DNA of 64,000 bases from Deltaproteobacteria bacterium (GTDB taxonomy: Bacteria > Desulfobacterota > Binatia > Binatales > Binataceae), in the NCBI GenBank assembly GCA_021801125.1, contig JAJYYI010000119.1:20191-84190 (forward strand). The letters are read 5' to 3'. A model generated the notes under the pieces. That model saw nothing but the letters and a program-made list of their open reading frames with translations. It was not told the DNA's origin and did no database searches. Each line of letters begins with the position of its first letter. Positions within the stretch are counted from its first letter, which is position 1. The position numbers and the translations under genes are program-made. Below are positions 9,394-19,057 of the stretch, piece after piece.

Positions 9394-10770
9394 GTGGTTC
9401 ACCTGCCCGCGATCGTCTCAAATTTCTCAACTTTTGCTCAGGAGCTAGGAGAATTGGCAGTTAGAAATCTTCAACGAAAAGCTTCGGTCGCTGCGCGGCC
9501 GACGGGCACCAAGGCCAGCTACGATGTTGCTGACTTGGGCCTTGCGGCTCGAGGCAAGCAGCGTATTTTGTGGGTGGACCAGCAGATGCCGGTCCTGGCG
9601 CGGCTGCGCGAGCAATTCGAAAAAGAGAAGCCGCTGAAAGGGCTGGTGATGGGCGCTTGTCTGCACGTCACTTCCGAAACGGCCAACCTTATGCGCACGC
9701 TCAAGGCGGGCGGCGCCGACGTGGCATGCTGCGCGTCCAATCCGCTGTCCACGCAAGACGAAGTCGCCGCCAGCATGGTCAAGGACTTCGGCATCTCCGT
9801 GTACGCCATTCGCGGAGAAGATCGCGATACCTATTACCGGCACCTCGCCGCAGTGCTTCAGCGTAAGCCCCGGATGACCATGGATGACGGCGCGGACTTG
9901 GTCAGTCTGCTGCACACCGATTTCAGCGCCCAGGCCGACGACGTGCTCGCAAGCATGGAAGAGACTACAACCGGCGTGACCCGGTTGCGCGCGATGCAAG
10001 ACGACGGCGCACTCAAGATCCCCGTGGTAGCGGTCAACGACGCCATGACCAAGCATCTTTTCGACAATCGCTACGGAACCGGCCAATCAACGCTGGACGG
10101 CATCATTCGCGCCACGGGCGTCTTGCTCGCGGGCACGGTGACCGTCGTCGCGGGCTACGGATGGTGCGGGCGCGGCGTGGCCTCACGAGCGCGCGGACTC
10201 GGCGCCAACGTGATTGTCGCTGAAGTTGACCCGATACGCGCCTTGGAAGCGGCGATGGACGGCTTTCGCGTTGCCAGGATGAGCGACGCGGCCAAAGTGG
10301 GCGACGTGTTCATCACCGTGACCGGCGACAAGCATGTGCTTGCCGGATCGCATTTCGCGCTGATGAAGGATGGAACGCTGCTTGCCAACTCGGGCCATTT
10401 CGACATCGAGATCGACATCCCCGCGCTCACCAAGATGGCGCGCAAGGTTGAGCTTGACGTTACGCCGAACGTCGATTGTTATCACATGCCCGATGGGCGG
10501 CGTCTTTACCTGCTCGGCAAAGGCCGGCTGGTGAATCTCGCCTGCGCTACCGGTCACCCGGCGCAGGTGATGGACATGAGTTTCGCGACTCAGGCCTTGG
10601 TCGCGCGCTGGGTGGCTAACCAAGGCCGCTTGCCCGTGCAGGTGCATAACGTGCCGAGCGACGTCGAAAGCATGGTCGCAAGCCTAAAGCTCAAGGCGAT
10701 GGGAATAAAGATCGACACCTTGTCGCCCGACCAGAAACATTACCTGTCGAGTTGGTCCGCGGGGACTTGA
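9394..10770 (+). CDS. ahcY: adenosylhomocysteinase
   Basis: YDVADLGLAARGKQRILWVDQQMPVL, the NAD-binding VAGYGWCGRGVA block and the C-terminal GIKIDTLSPDQKHYLSSW match AhcY. The real start is probably the in-frame TTG at 9454 (GGAG 9 nt upstream), not GTG 9394. Confidence 0.95.
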   Translation: MVHLPAIVSNFSTFAQELGELAVRNLQRKASVAARPTGTKASYDVADLGLAARGKQRILWVDQQMPVLARLREQFEKEKPLKGLVMGACLHVTSETANLMRTLKAGGADVACCASNPLSTQDEVAASMVKDFGISVYAIRGEDRDTYYRHLAAVLQRKPRMTMDDGADLVSLLHTDFSAQADDVLASMEETTTGVTRLRAMQDDGALKIPVVAVNDAMTKHLFDNRYGTGQSTLDGIIRATGVLLAGTVTVVAGYGWCGRGVASRARGLGANVIVAEVDPIRALEAAMDGFRVARMSDAAKVGDVFITVTGDKHVLAGSHFALMKDGTLLANSGHFDIEIDIPALTKMARKVELDVTPNVDCYHMPDGRRLYLLGKGRLVNLACATGHPAQVMDMSFATQALVARWVANQGRLPVQVHNVPSDVESMVASLKLKAMGIKIDTLSPDQKHYLSSWSAGT

Positions 10771-11080
10771 TACAGTCCGGTAGATAAGCGAGCCCATGCC
10801 GCCGCACCGGCGGCCCCATCGGGCGTCGTGACCGCAACCTTCTCTCCCAGATGACTCGCGACGCCCGTCTGCTTACAACTAGCGCAAAGTTCCGGCAGGC
10901 CTGCTCTATCTGAGCGCTCAAGGCATCGCGGAAGCGATGCGCCCGTCGATCACGTTCGCGCTCAGGATCGATTTAAGCGACCGGCACCGTATCTCGGCGA
11001 CGACGTCAACCCCGCGGCGCCATTGCCGTTCTCAACCGTCCTAGTTCATCCGACCGCGCCCACACCCATCCCGACGTTCG

Positions 11081-11938
11081 TCAATGAGAGCCGGCGCCGT
11101 GTTCGGCCGACGCGGCAGGCGGCGCGTTGGAAGTAGCGCCAGCAGCCCCGTGTGCTGGCCCCGCGGGGGGCGAAGCAGCGAAGCTTGGCGCTGTCCGCGG
11201 CGTGGCAACGGGCGGTGCGGACGAAGCTGGAGCCGGCGTGGCGGCGGCCGGAGGCATCGCGGTGGCTGCTCCGGCAGCGGCTTGCTTGGACGGAGCTACC
11301 GCCGGCGTTGGCGCCGAAGCCGCTGGTGGCGAGCCGCCGGTACCTGAGGCAGCCGAAGGCACCGCCTGCGGAGTCGGTCTGGTCATCGGCGTTTCGATTC
11401 TGGGCGCGGGCATCCCGCGGATCAAACCGGGAGCCGCACCTTCCAAGGCCGACTTTGCTTTGGTCATAGCGGCGCTTCCGGGCTCGAAGCCCACACCGTA
11501 CTCGTAAACGAGCTGCCCACCCCAGCGCCCTTGCCAGAAAACCGTGGCGACGACCCCGATTGCCACGATCAGGTAGAGCGGACGCAGGCGTGAGAGAAAG
11601 CCGAATAACGCCAGCGCGATACGCACAACGGCCAGACCGCCCAGGACGTAAACCAGGACGTAGCCCAGGCGCGCGTGGTTGTGCAGCAGCAGCTTTGCCG
11701 GACCGCTCAGCGTATCTTTGACGCGATCGGCCTCCAGGTCGCCGGTAAAGGTCGACCCCGCCGCGCACGCCGCCGCGAGTATGGTTAGCGTTAGCGCCAT
11801 GTAGCGGAACCAAGCGCGTTGGCTGAACATACTCGCGCAGAGATCAGCCAGAACAGCAACTGTAATAAGTGCCACGGTAAAATGGTCAATCACCGGATGA
11901 AGCCGGAGCGCCACAATCGTGCCTTGAATGTCTTCCAT
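11081..11938 (-). CDS. DUF2231-like integral membrane protein with long Ala/Pro-rich C-terminal tail
   Basis: Start taken at MEDIQG (ATG 11938, GGGAAG RBS). The N-terminal half has about 4 TM segments beginning LHPVIDHFTVALITVAVLADL. The C-terminal ~140 aa are low-complexity A/P/G/T. The overlapping ORF 11046..11813 is a frame artefact of this repeat-like region. Confidence 0.6.
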   Translation of the reverse strand: MEDIQGTIVALRLHPVIDHFTVALITVAVLADLCASMFSQRAWFRYMALTLTILAAACAAGSTFTGDLEADRVKDTLSGPAKLLLHNHARLGYVLVYVLGGLAVVRIALALFGFLSRLRPLYLIVAIGVVATVFWQGRWGGQLVYEYGVGFEPGSAAMTKAKSALEGAAPGLIRGMPAPRIETPMTRPTPQAVPSAASGTGGSPPAASAPTPAVAPSKQAAAGAATAMPPAAATPAPASSAPPVATPRTAPSFAASPPAGPAHGAAGATSNAPPAASAEHGAGSH

Positions 11939-12343
11939 CCAACTTCCCTTGTTCGATTTACCCTTGTTGGAGTTCGGCAATAAGGTTCGGAGCCGGCACA
12001 AACTTGGGGCGCGCGCTAAGCCGGCCCCTTGCGACTCCCTGGGATCTGTCCTTAGGCTTCGAGCCGAAGACCGTCGCTCAGTCCTAAGCCACTATATTGC
12101 AGGCGCTTAAGGAGGAATGGAAGCTTCTTAGAACAGCTTATCCCGTGGCGACGGCCGCCGGGTTTCCGGCCGCGCCGATCCCTCCCGGCTTGCGTCCAGC
12201 GGGCTTGAAGCATTTTGACCTGAGCGGTATCCGCGCCCAGACATGTCGGTCTCCCCGCTTTCCTACGAGCCGATCGCAGCCGTTCGAAGCATCCCGTTTT
12301 GATTCCTTGCATTAAAGTGCTCAGGACGCGCCAACTCGGAGCC

Positions 12344-12679
12344 ATGGGGCAAAACCAATCCGTGATGGTTATCTTCCGCTCCCGGCTCAACCCCGTCAGT
12401 GGCGCCGAATACCAGCGTATGGCAGAGCGAATGGACACCTTGGCGCGCTCGATGCCGGCGTTCACCTCGTTCAAGACGTTCGCAGCGCCGGACGGCGAGC
12501 GTGTCTCGATCGTTGAATTCGAGTCGGAGCGGGCCGTGTCAGCATGGACCAATCATCGGGAGCATCTCGAGGCCCAGCGCCGTGGTCGCGAGGCATTTTA
12601 CTCGGAATATCGAATCCAGGTACCGTCGCCCATTCGGGAACGTACCTTCAAGCGGCCCGAATCCCAAGAGCCCGCTTAG
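12344..12679 (+). CDS. ABM (antibiotic-biosynthesis-monooxygenase-like) ferredoxin-fold domain protein
   Basis: Start taken at MGQNQS. VMVIFRSRLNP..YQRMAERMDTLARSMPAFTSFKTF..GERVSIVEFESERAVSAWTNHREH fits the ABM/DUF-type small dimeric alpha+beta barrel pattern. Confidence 0.55.
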   Translation: MGQNQSVMVIFRSRLNPVSGAEYQRMAERMDTLARSMPAFTSFKTFAAPDGERVSIVEFESERAVSAWTNHREHLEAQRRGREAFYSEYRIQVPSPIRERTFKRPESQEPA

Positions 12680-12905
12680 ATCATCGGCAACTGGCTCGCA
12701 AATGCGCCGCCAGCCTGTAATTGGAGTTTTCCGGTGAGGCGAATCGACTGCAGCGAACCGTTGCTCGGCAGCGGCCGATTAATTTTCACGAAAATGCTGC
12801 GGGCATTAGCTCCATAGAGCCCGTAAAGAAGAGCGCGCGTACCCAATTGGCATTGGGCGCAAATGAGCCCCCCAACAGAACGCGGCAGATTTTACCGAGC
12901 CGCGG

Positions 12906-13103
12906 CTAAACTAAGTCGCCGCCCGACGCAAGCGGCAAAGGCTCCTGGTCAGCCGTTGTCTTTTGTCCTGCCGAAGTAGACCCCTGTTTTCCTAGCTGCT
13001 GATGGTACGCCTTGTCCGCCGCTTGCACGTCGGAGTTGATCCGGGAGCAGCCAACCGCGCTAGCCAGCAGCACGGCTGCAACCATCAGTGACAGGAAGCT
13101 CAT
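12906..13103 (-). CDS. small lipoprotein (hypothetical)
   Basis: ATG 13103 is preceded by a GAGGAGG RBS. MSFLSLMVAAVLLASAVGCS is a lipobox-type signal peptide (L-A-S-A-V-G-C). Confidence 0.5.
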   Translation of the reverse strand: MSFLSLMVAAVLLASAVGCSRINSDVQAADKAYHQQLGKQGSTSAGQKTTADQEPLPLASGGDLV

Positions 13104-13490
13104 AAAACACCCTCCTCGCCTTGGCCCAAAGCCATTCGCGCTCGTGAGGGCGGTAAACCCGCAACCATTCGCTGCGGCTCGGGAGCGCCACCAGGTCCCC
13201 AACCATCACCCCCCAGCGCCTCTTGCGCTGACGGCGATCACCACAGCCGAGCCAACACGCGCCTAACGTCCCCACAACGATCGCGCATAAAAACGTTATC
13301 ACTTGGCGAGCGGCAATAAAACCTTTTTGCACGTGCTTTAAAGTGACCTAATCGTTGCGCCGACTTGAGCGTACGCCGGCGCCGCCTCGTAGCCGATCAC
13401 GCGTCCCGGCCCACCGGCGACAGTTGCCCCACCAGTCCCGTCTTTAGCGCGCGCGTTACTGCAAACATGGCCTGAAACGCACCGTCCCCG

Positions 13491-14843
13491 CTAGACCGGT
13501 GTCACGCCGGGCACCTCGTCCCAGATTTTCACCTGATGGGTCGGCTTTCTGAGAAAGACAAGAGAAACAACGATTCCGATTGCGGCGACCGTTAGCGGAT
13601 AGAAAAGCCCGGCGAGGTTGTTGCCGGTCCAGACCACCAGCGATGAGTTGACGAGCGGCACGAAGCCGGCAAATACGCCAACCCCGAGATGATAGGGCAG
13701 GGATACCGACGTGTAGCGAATACGCGCGGGGAACAACTCGACCAGGAAGGCGGCTAACGGAGCGTACACCATAGCCGCGATAACCTGCTGGTAGAGCACC
13801 AGGAGCGTGAGCACCAACGGGCTTGCGGCGTGAGCCTGCATCAGCTTGTAAACCGGGACCAGAGTGACCACCGCAAGCGTAAATCCCGCCACCATGACGT
13901 TGCGCCGGCCGATGCGGTCTGACCAGGCACCGAAGACCAGGTAGAGTGGCGCTGCCAGCACGATCGCCGTAATCATAATTTGAGAAGCGGTTACATAGTT
14001 GATCTTGAGAACGGTCTCCATGAAGAACAACGCGTAAAACTGGCAGGTATAGAACGTCGCGCCGTTGGGAGCGACGGCGCCGAACAAGGCGATCAAGATC
14101 AATCGGCGATTGTTGGAGTCGCCAAGAGCCTCAGTCGTGGGACGTGAGGACGCTTTGCCTGCGTCCTTGAGACTCTGGAAGATGGGCGATTCGTGCAGCT
14201 TAAGACGAATGTAGATGGAAGCCAGAATCAACACCGCGGAAAGCAAGAAAGGGTAGCGCCAGCCGTGCGCGCGAAAGGCCCCCTCGCCCATGTTGACCCT
14301 AAAAGCAAGGACCACCAGGAGCGCAACGATGAAGCCCAGCGGCACTGTGGTCTGCAGCCAGCTTGTGTAGAAGCCCCGCCGACCGTCAGGCGCATGCTCA
14401 GCAATATAAATTGCCGCTCCTCCATATTCACCGCTCACGGCCAGCCCCTGGATGACGCGCAAGCAGACTAAGAGCAACGGCGCCAGGGCCCCAATCGCAG
14501 CGTAAACCGGCAACACTCCAATCAACGTGGTCGACAGACCCATCAAGACAAGCGTGGTCAGAAACGTGAATTTACGCCCGATGACGTCCCCCAAACGGCC
14601 GAAGAATATCGCCCCGAACGGCCGCACTATGAAAGCGGTGCCGAAGATGGCAAGGCTCGCCAGAAAGGCGGCCGTAGGGTTCCCTTTGGGGAAAAATTCC
14701 GTCGAGAAAAAGACCGCAAGGCTGCCGTAGAGGAAAAAGTCGTACCATTCGATCAGTGTGCCGAGCGAGGATGCGGTAATCACGAAGGGCAAACTATACG
14801 CAGCCCTCGGGCCACTTGCGCGCAAGGCAGTAGACGCCGCCAT
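13491..14843 (-). CDS. MFS transporter, metabolite:H+ symporter (MHS) type
   Basis: 450 aa with about 12 TM segments. The GRLGDVIGRK loop motif and the WYDFFLYGSLAVFF N-terminus are typical of ProP/KgtP-like MHS transporters. Confidence 0.85.
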   Translation of the reverse strand: MAASTALRASGPRAAYSLPFVITASSLGTLIEWYDFFLYGSLAVFFSTEFFPKGNPTAAFLASLAIFGTAFIVRPFGAIFFGRLGDVIGRKFTFLTTLVLMGLSTTLIGVLPVYAAIGALAPLLLVCLRVIQGLAVSGEYGGAAIYIAEHAPDGRRGFYTSWLQTTVPLGFIVALLVVLAFRVNMGEGAFRAHGWRYPFLLSAVLILASIYIRLKLHESPIFQSLKDAGKASSRPTTEALGDSNNRRLILIALFGAVAPNGATFYTCQFYALFFMETVLKINYVTASQIMITAIVLAAPLYLVFGAWSDRIGRRNVMVAGFTLAVVTLVPVYKLMQAHAASPLVLTLLVLYQQVIAAMVYAPLAAFLVELFPARIRYTSVSLPYHLGVGVFAGFVPLVNSSLVVWTGNNLAGLFYPLTVAAIGIVVSLVFLRKPTHQVKIWDEVPGVTPV

Positions 14844-15100
14844 CGGTCAATTCCTCCTTTGAGGTGTCTCCCCGAAATTTCAGTTCATCCGGCCGGGCCT
14901 CGAGGCTGCTCGTGCGCGGAGTCTTCCGCGAGACTTAATGCCGTCCCCCTCCGCATAACGGCGAGCCACGCGTTGAACTCCGTGTCAGGCTCGCAGGCGC
15001 GCTGAGCGCCCTACCGCACGAGCGAAGCCGCTCGGCGCGTTCAATGAGGCCGGCGTGGTTCTCTCAGAAGCATGGAACGATACCGCCCGCGGCGGCCGTT

Positions 15101-16642
15101 TCATTTAGTCTCGGCTCTCGTTAGCAATTCCTCTCTGAGCTGGCGCTTCAGGATTTTCCCGGCCGGGCTGAGCGGCAACGAGGTCCTGAACTCTACAGAT
15201 TTAGGCAGCTTGTAGCCGGAAAGGGTTCCGCGGCAAAACTCGATCAGCTCCTGCGCTGTAACCGCGCGCCCCGAACGCGGCACCACAACGGCGTGCACCG
15301 CTTCACCCCAGCGCTCGTCCGGAACGCCGATAACCGCGGCGCTCAGCACGCTGGGATGCGAAAGAATCACCTCTTCAATCTCGGCGGGAAAAATGTTCAC
15401 GCCGCCGCTTTTGATGACGTCCTTTTTGCGATCGACAATGTACAGGTATCCCTCGCTGTCGAGCCTGCCGATATCGCCGATCGTCGCCCAGCCGTCGCGG
15501 ATCGCCTCGTTGGTCTTCTCGGGCGCGTTGAAGTAGCCGTTAAACAGTGTGGGACTGCGGATCCAGATATCTCCCACTTCGCCGGTTTGAGCAGGCCGGC
15601 CATCCTCGGTGAGGACGCGAACTTCGCTATCGAGCACCGGTCTTCCCACGCAGCGTATTTTCCGGCCCTGATCCTCGGGCCTAAGGTTCGTGATAATCCC
15701 CGCCTCGGTGGCACCATAAAACTCGTGCAGTCCCACCTTGGGCAGGCCGGCCATCAGCGCAGCCTTGGTCGGCGTCGGCAGCGCGGAGCCACCCGAGATA
15801 AGGAACCGCAACGGCGAAAGCGCGATGCTCTCGTGCGCGGCGGTTATCAGCGGGATCAGCTCGTTGTACATATACGGAACCATGAAGCTCCACGTGACGC
15901 CGTCGGCGGCCAGCGCGCGGAACACGCGCTCGGGATCGAACCTCGGCATGATGACCACGCGCCCGCCCATGTAAAGCTGCGTGACCGTAAACGTCAGCGG
16001 TGCGGTGTGATGGAAAGGGCAAACGTGTAGGGCGGTATCGGTGCTTCCGATTCCGTATTCAAGCGCCCAGTAATGAAACGCCAGCGCGCGGTTGCGATGG
16101 GTAATCGCCGCTCCCTTTGGCCGCCCTGTCGTACCCGAGGTATAACCCAGGTAAAAGACGTCGCTCTCGCGCACCGCGGCTTTAGGCGCGTCTGTCGGTT
16201 GAGCCTGCGCCAGGTGCAGAAGCTCGCCTTCATCCGCGGCCGCAGAATTTCCGATCGCAAACGTGAGCAAGCGGGGCACGCTGGAACGGGCGCGATCCAC
16301 CTCGGCGCGGTACTCGTCGCCGTAAATGAGGCCGCGCGCGCCGCTGTCGAGCAACGGATACGCAATCTCCGGCCCGCTGAAGCGGTAGTTGAGCGGGATC
16401 ATCACCAACCCGGTGACTGCCAGCGCGTAGATGACGGTCACGTATTCGAGCGAGTTGGGCAGCATGACGCCCACCCTATCACCGCACCTGAGCCCTGCGG
16501 CCAGCAGCGCGTTCCCGATCTGATTACCAAGGGCGCCCAGTTCGCCGAAAGTCAGCTCCCGTCCGCCGCAAGAAATCGCCGGCCGCATCCGGTTGCGCTC
16601 GACCGAAAGCTGCAGTGCGCGCGCGACGGTCAGCTCGATCAT
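15101..16642 (-). CDS. AMP-dependent acyl-CoA synthetase/ligase
   Basis: 513 aa with LGYTSGTTGRPKGA (AMP-binding P-loop), GYGATE-like YGATEAG, TIGDIGRLDSEGYLYIVDRKKD and GKILKRQLRE C-terminal motifs. Confidence 0.9.
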   Translation of the reverse strand: MIELTVARALQLSVERNRMRPAISCGGRELTFGELGALGNQIGNALLAAGLRCGDRVGVMLPNSLEYVTVIYALAVTGLVMIPLNYRFSGPEIAYPLLDSGARGLIYGDEYRAEVDRARSSVPRLLTFAIGNSAAADEGELLHLAQAQPTDAPKAAVRESDVFYLGYTSGTTGRPKGAAITHRNRALAFHYWALEYGIGSTDTALHVCPFHHTAPLTFTVTQLYMGGRVVIMPRFDPERVFRALAADGVTWSFMVPYMYNELIPLITAAHESIALSPLRFLISGGSALPTPTKAALMAGLPKVGLHEFYGATEAGIITNLRPEDQGRKIRCVGRPVLDSEVRVLTEDGRPAQTGEVGDIWIRSPTLFNGYFNAPEKTNEAIRDGWATIGDIGRLDSEGYLYIVDRKKDVIKSGGVNIFPAEIEEVILSHPSVLSAAVIGVPDERWGEAVHAVVVPRSGRAVTAQELIEFCRGTLSGYKLPKSVEFRTSLPLSPAGKILKRQLREELLTRAETK

Positions 16643-16646
16643 GCGC

Positions 16647-17192
16647 CTATCCGATCACGCGGTGTTGAAGCAGGTAGGGCTGTTTAACATGCGTGCGAGG
16701 CATAAGCGGCCGCGTGGGCAACAGCGCGATCGCGCGCCCCGTATGCGTGACCTCTTCGCGCTGATTGCGCGCGCCCACCTCAATTTCAATCAGGTTGTCC
16801 ACCTCCTCGACCCATTTGCGCACCACCTTGCCGTAGCATTCGAGCACGTCGCCAGGTCGCACAACGACCGTGGCTCGGGTCGAAAAACGCCGCAGCGGCC
16901 GGTCCCACAGCCAGTTCGTCAACATCTCGCCGATAAAGCCCATTCCGATCATCCCGTGCGCGAAGACCCCTTTCATGCCGCCGACGTCTCGCGCGATATC
17001 CTCATCGACATGGCTGGGATTGAAGTCGCCGGTAGCCGCCGCGTATTTGGCCAGTTGCAGCCGCGTAATCGGTCTCTTCTTCAGGGCCGGCAGCTCCATG
17101 CCGACGGTAACGTCCTCGAAGAAGGGTCCCTGGCGCGTTGTCCCAGACGCTCCAACCGAATCGCCGGACGCCACGATATTCACGTCGTTCAT
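16647..17192 (-). CDS. MaoC-like (R)-specific enoyl-CoA hydratase/dehydratase, hotdog fold
   Basis: 181 aa. DFNPSHVDEDIAR and GVFAHGMIGMGF match the MaoC dehydratase active-site region. Confidence 0.8.
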   Translation of the reverse strand: MNDVNIVASGDSVGASGTTRQGPFFEDVTVGMELPALKKRPITRLQLAKYAAATGDFNPSHVDEDIARDVGGMKGVFAHGMIGMGFIGEMLTNWLWDRPLRRFSTRATVVVRPGDVLECYGKVVRKWVEEVDNLIEIEVGARNQREEVTHTGRAIALLPTRPLMPRTHVKQPYLLQHRVIG

Positions 17193-17196
17193 TTTT

Positions 17197-17646
17197 TCAG
17201 TCCTCCCGAACGAAAAAGAGCTGCGTGGCCTCGACCAGCTTGCGCCCGTCGAGACCCTTGACCGTGATCAGCACGGTGAAGTGATCGAGTTGGCCGTAGG
17301 TCTTGCTCTTCTTCTTTCCCACATCAACGACTTTGATCCGATGGAGGACCCGGTCGCCTGGACGCACGGGCGCGTAGTAGGTGATGTCTTGCTCCCCATG
17401 CAGCAGTCTGGGGAGATCGACTTCAAGTTCGGACAGCAAGAGTTCGCTCTTGCGCTCGCGGAAGAGGTTGATGAAAGTCGGAGGAGCGATAATCCCGCCG
17501 TAAGCCGTGCCCGCGGCAACCGTAGGGTCGCGGAAAAGCGGGTTGTAATCCTCCAGCGCGTCGCACAGAGCGTCGATCTTCTGCTGCGTGACGATGGTTT
17601 CCACCCAAGGAGTTTCTTTGCCCAGCGCGTTGTAGTTAATAGCCAT
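17197..17646 (-). CDS. MaoC N-terminal-type hotdog protein (partner subunit of split hydratase)
   Basis: 149 aa, 4 nt upstream of the MaoC gene. YNPLFRDP..GGIIAPPTF resembles the non-catalytic N-terminal hotdog of heterodimeric HadA/ChsH-like dehydratases. Confidence 0.65.
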   Translation of the reverse strand: MAINYNALGKETPWVETIVTQQKIDALCDALEDYNPLFRDPTVAAGTAYGGIIAPPTFINLFRERKSELLLSELEVDLPRLLHGEQDITYYAPVRPGDRVLHRIKVVDVGKKKSKTYGQLDHFTVLITVKGLDGRKLVEATQLFFVRED

Positions 17647-17668
17647 CAGGGTCCTCCAGATTTTTCAA

Positions 17669-18460
17669 TCACGGCCGCGCGGCGCCCAGCGCGGCTGAAA
17701 TTTCAGCGGCCGCCTGCTCGACTTCGTGGGCGATCATGATGCGGTCAGGCTTGCTCACTACGGCGAGCGGAAAAACGCTGGACAACGCCGCAGCGATAGC
17801 TCCGCCCGGCTCGAATATCGGCGCAGCAACCGCGCCGGCGCCGCGCGTGCTTTCCCCATTGTTCCAGGCGATTCCCTCGCGCCGCGCCCGCGCAACCGCG
17901 CGGCGCAAAGCCTCGAGATCGGTAATCGTGCAGCTCGTCAGCGCCGGCAGGCCGGTCTCCCGCGCCAGGTCTTCAAGCACCTCCTCCGGCATGTGCGCAA
18001 GCAGCACCTTGCCCGCAGCGGTGGCGTGCAGCATGCGGCGCTCGCCCAGGCGCATGATGACTCTCAGCGCTTCGGGACTCTCAATCGTGGCAATCACCAG
18101 CGTATTCCACCCATCGCGAATCGACACGTGCGCCGAGTGCTTCGTCTTCTTCACAAGCGCCGCGAGCAAGGGCAATGCGACGCGCCGCAGCGGCTCCTGA
18201 TTCGCAAAGCGCATCCCGAGCTCAAAGGCACCGACGCCGAGCCGGAGCCGGCCGGTCGCCGGATTCTGTTCCACCATCCGCCATTCGCGAAGTGTGGCGA
18301 CCAGGCGCGAGACCACGCTCTTATGCATGGAAAGGCGCCGGCTTATCTCCGCCACGGAAAGCTCCGGCTGCTCGTTGGAAAAGATATGGAGAATTTCCAT
18401 TGCTTTCCCAACCGTTTTGCGTGTTGCTTTTTGAGCAACGCTAGTGCTCATTAAGATCAA
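17669..18460 (-). CDS. IclR-family transcriptional regulator
   Basis: 263 aa. N-terminal wHTH (LSVAEISRRLSMHKSVVSRLVATL) followed by an IclR effector domain. Confidence 0.85.
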   Translation of the reverse strand: MILMSTSVAQKATRKTVGKAMEILHIFSNEQPELSVAEISRRLSMHKSVVSRLVATLREWRMVEQNPATGRLRLGVGAFELGMRFANQEPLRRVALPLLAALVKKTKHSAHVSIRDGWNTLVIATIESPEALRVIMRLGERRMLHATAAGKVLLAHMPEEVLEDLARETGLPALTSCTITDLEALRRAVARARREGIAWNNGESTRGAGAVAAPIFEPGGAIAAALSSVFPLAVVSKPDRIMIAHEVEQAAAEISAALGAARP

Positions 18461-19057
18461 GGTTACGCCGCCACATCACGCGCAGTCAATAGAAACGCCG
18501 AAGCAAAATCCGGCACCAAGGCTAGGCGGCCTGCATGCCAGACGGGTTTCACGAGGCACGGCGCCGCTTGCTTCCACCTTTCGATCGCCGAACACGTATT
18601 TCGGCCGCGCACCCGCCCCAACCGGCCCGGGTCATCCTTTCGCGGGGTTTCCAGAGCAAGGCTGAATTGTGCAAAGATTTTCCAAGGAGCACGCAGGGCA
18701 ATCGCGAGACAAGCTGCGGGGTAACGAGCGCGAAAAGCTCTTTCGCTCCCTTGGCACCGACGCTCGGGTTACTTCAGCATCCTGGGGCTTGTTGAATCGA
18801 CGACGCTTCAGGATCCCGAACGGAGGAAGCGGTCGAGCCGCGGCCTCTTTTCCAGTGAGGAGCGGTTTGGCAATGGCCGTAGAGGCTGGGGCAAAAGGTT
18901 GAAACTCGCCAGGGTGATGCCCCACAGACCCTTGGCCCGACAAACGTAACGATGAACGCCGAAGCAGCTTTGGTCACCGTCTACCGCGAACCTGCGCAAG
19001 CGTGACAACGCCGGAGGGTTCGCGGTAGACCTTCGTCAGCGTGCAGCGAGGGGAGCG

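Noticed and set aside
18784-18835. GGGGCTTGTTGAATCGACG resembles a tmRNA 5' end, and GGAGGAAGCGG resembles the SRP RNA domain IV core
   Set aside because: - tmRNA: there is no tRNA-like 3' end (T-arm plus acceptor complement) before egtB, and no tag-like reading frame.
- SRP RNA: a hand fold did not give the UCC-GNAR-GGA apical helix or the long pairing arms that SRP RNA requires.
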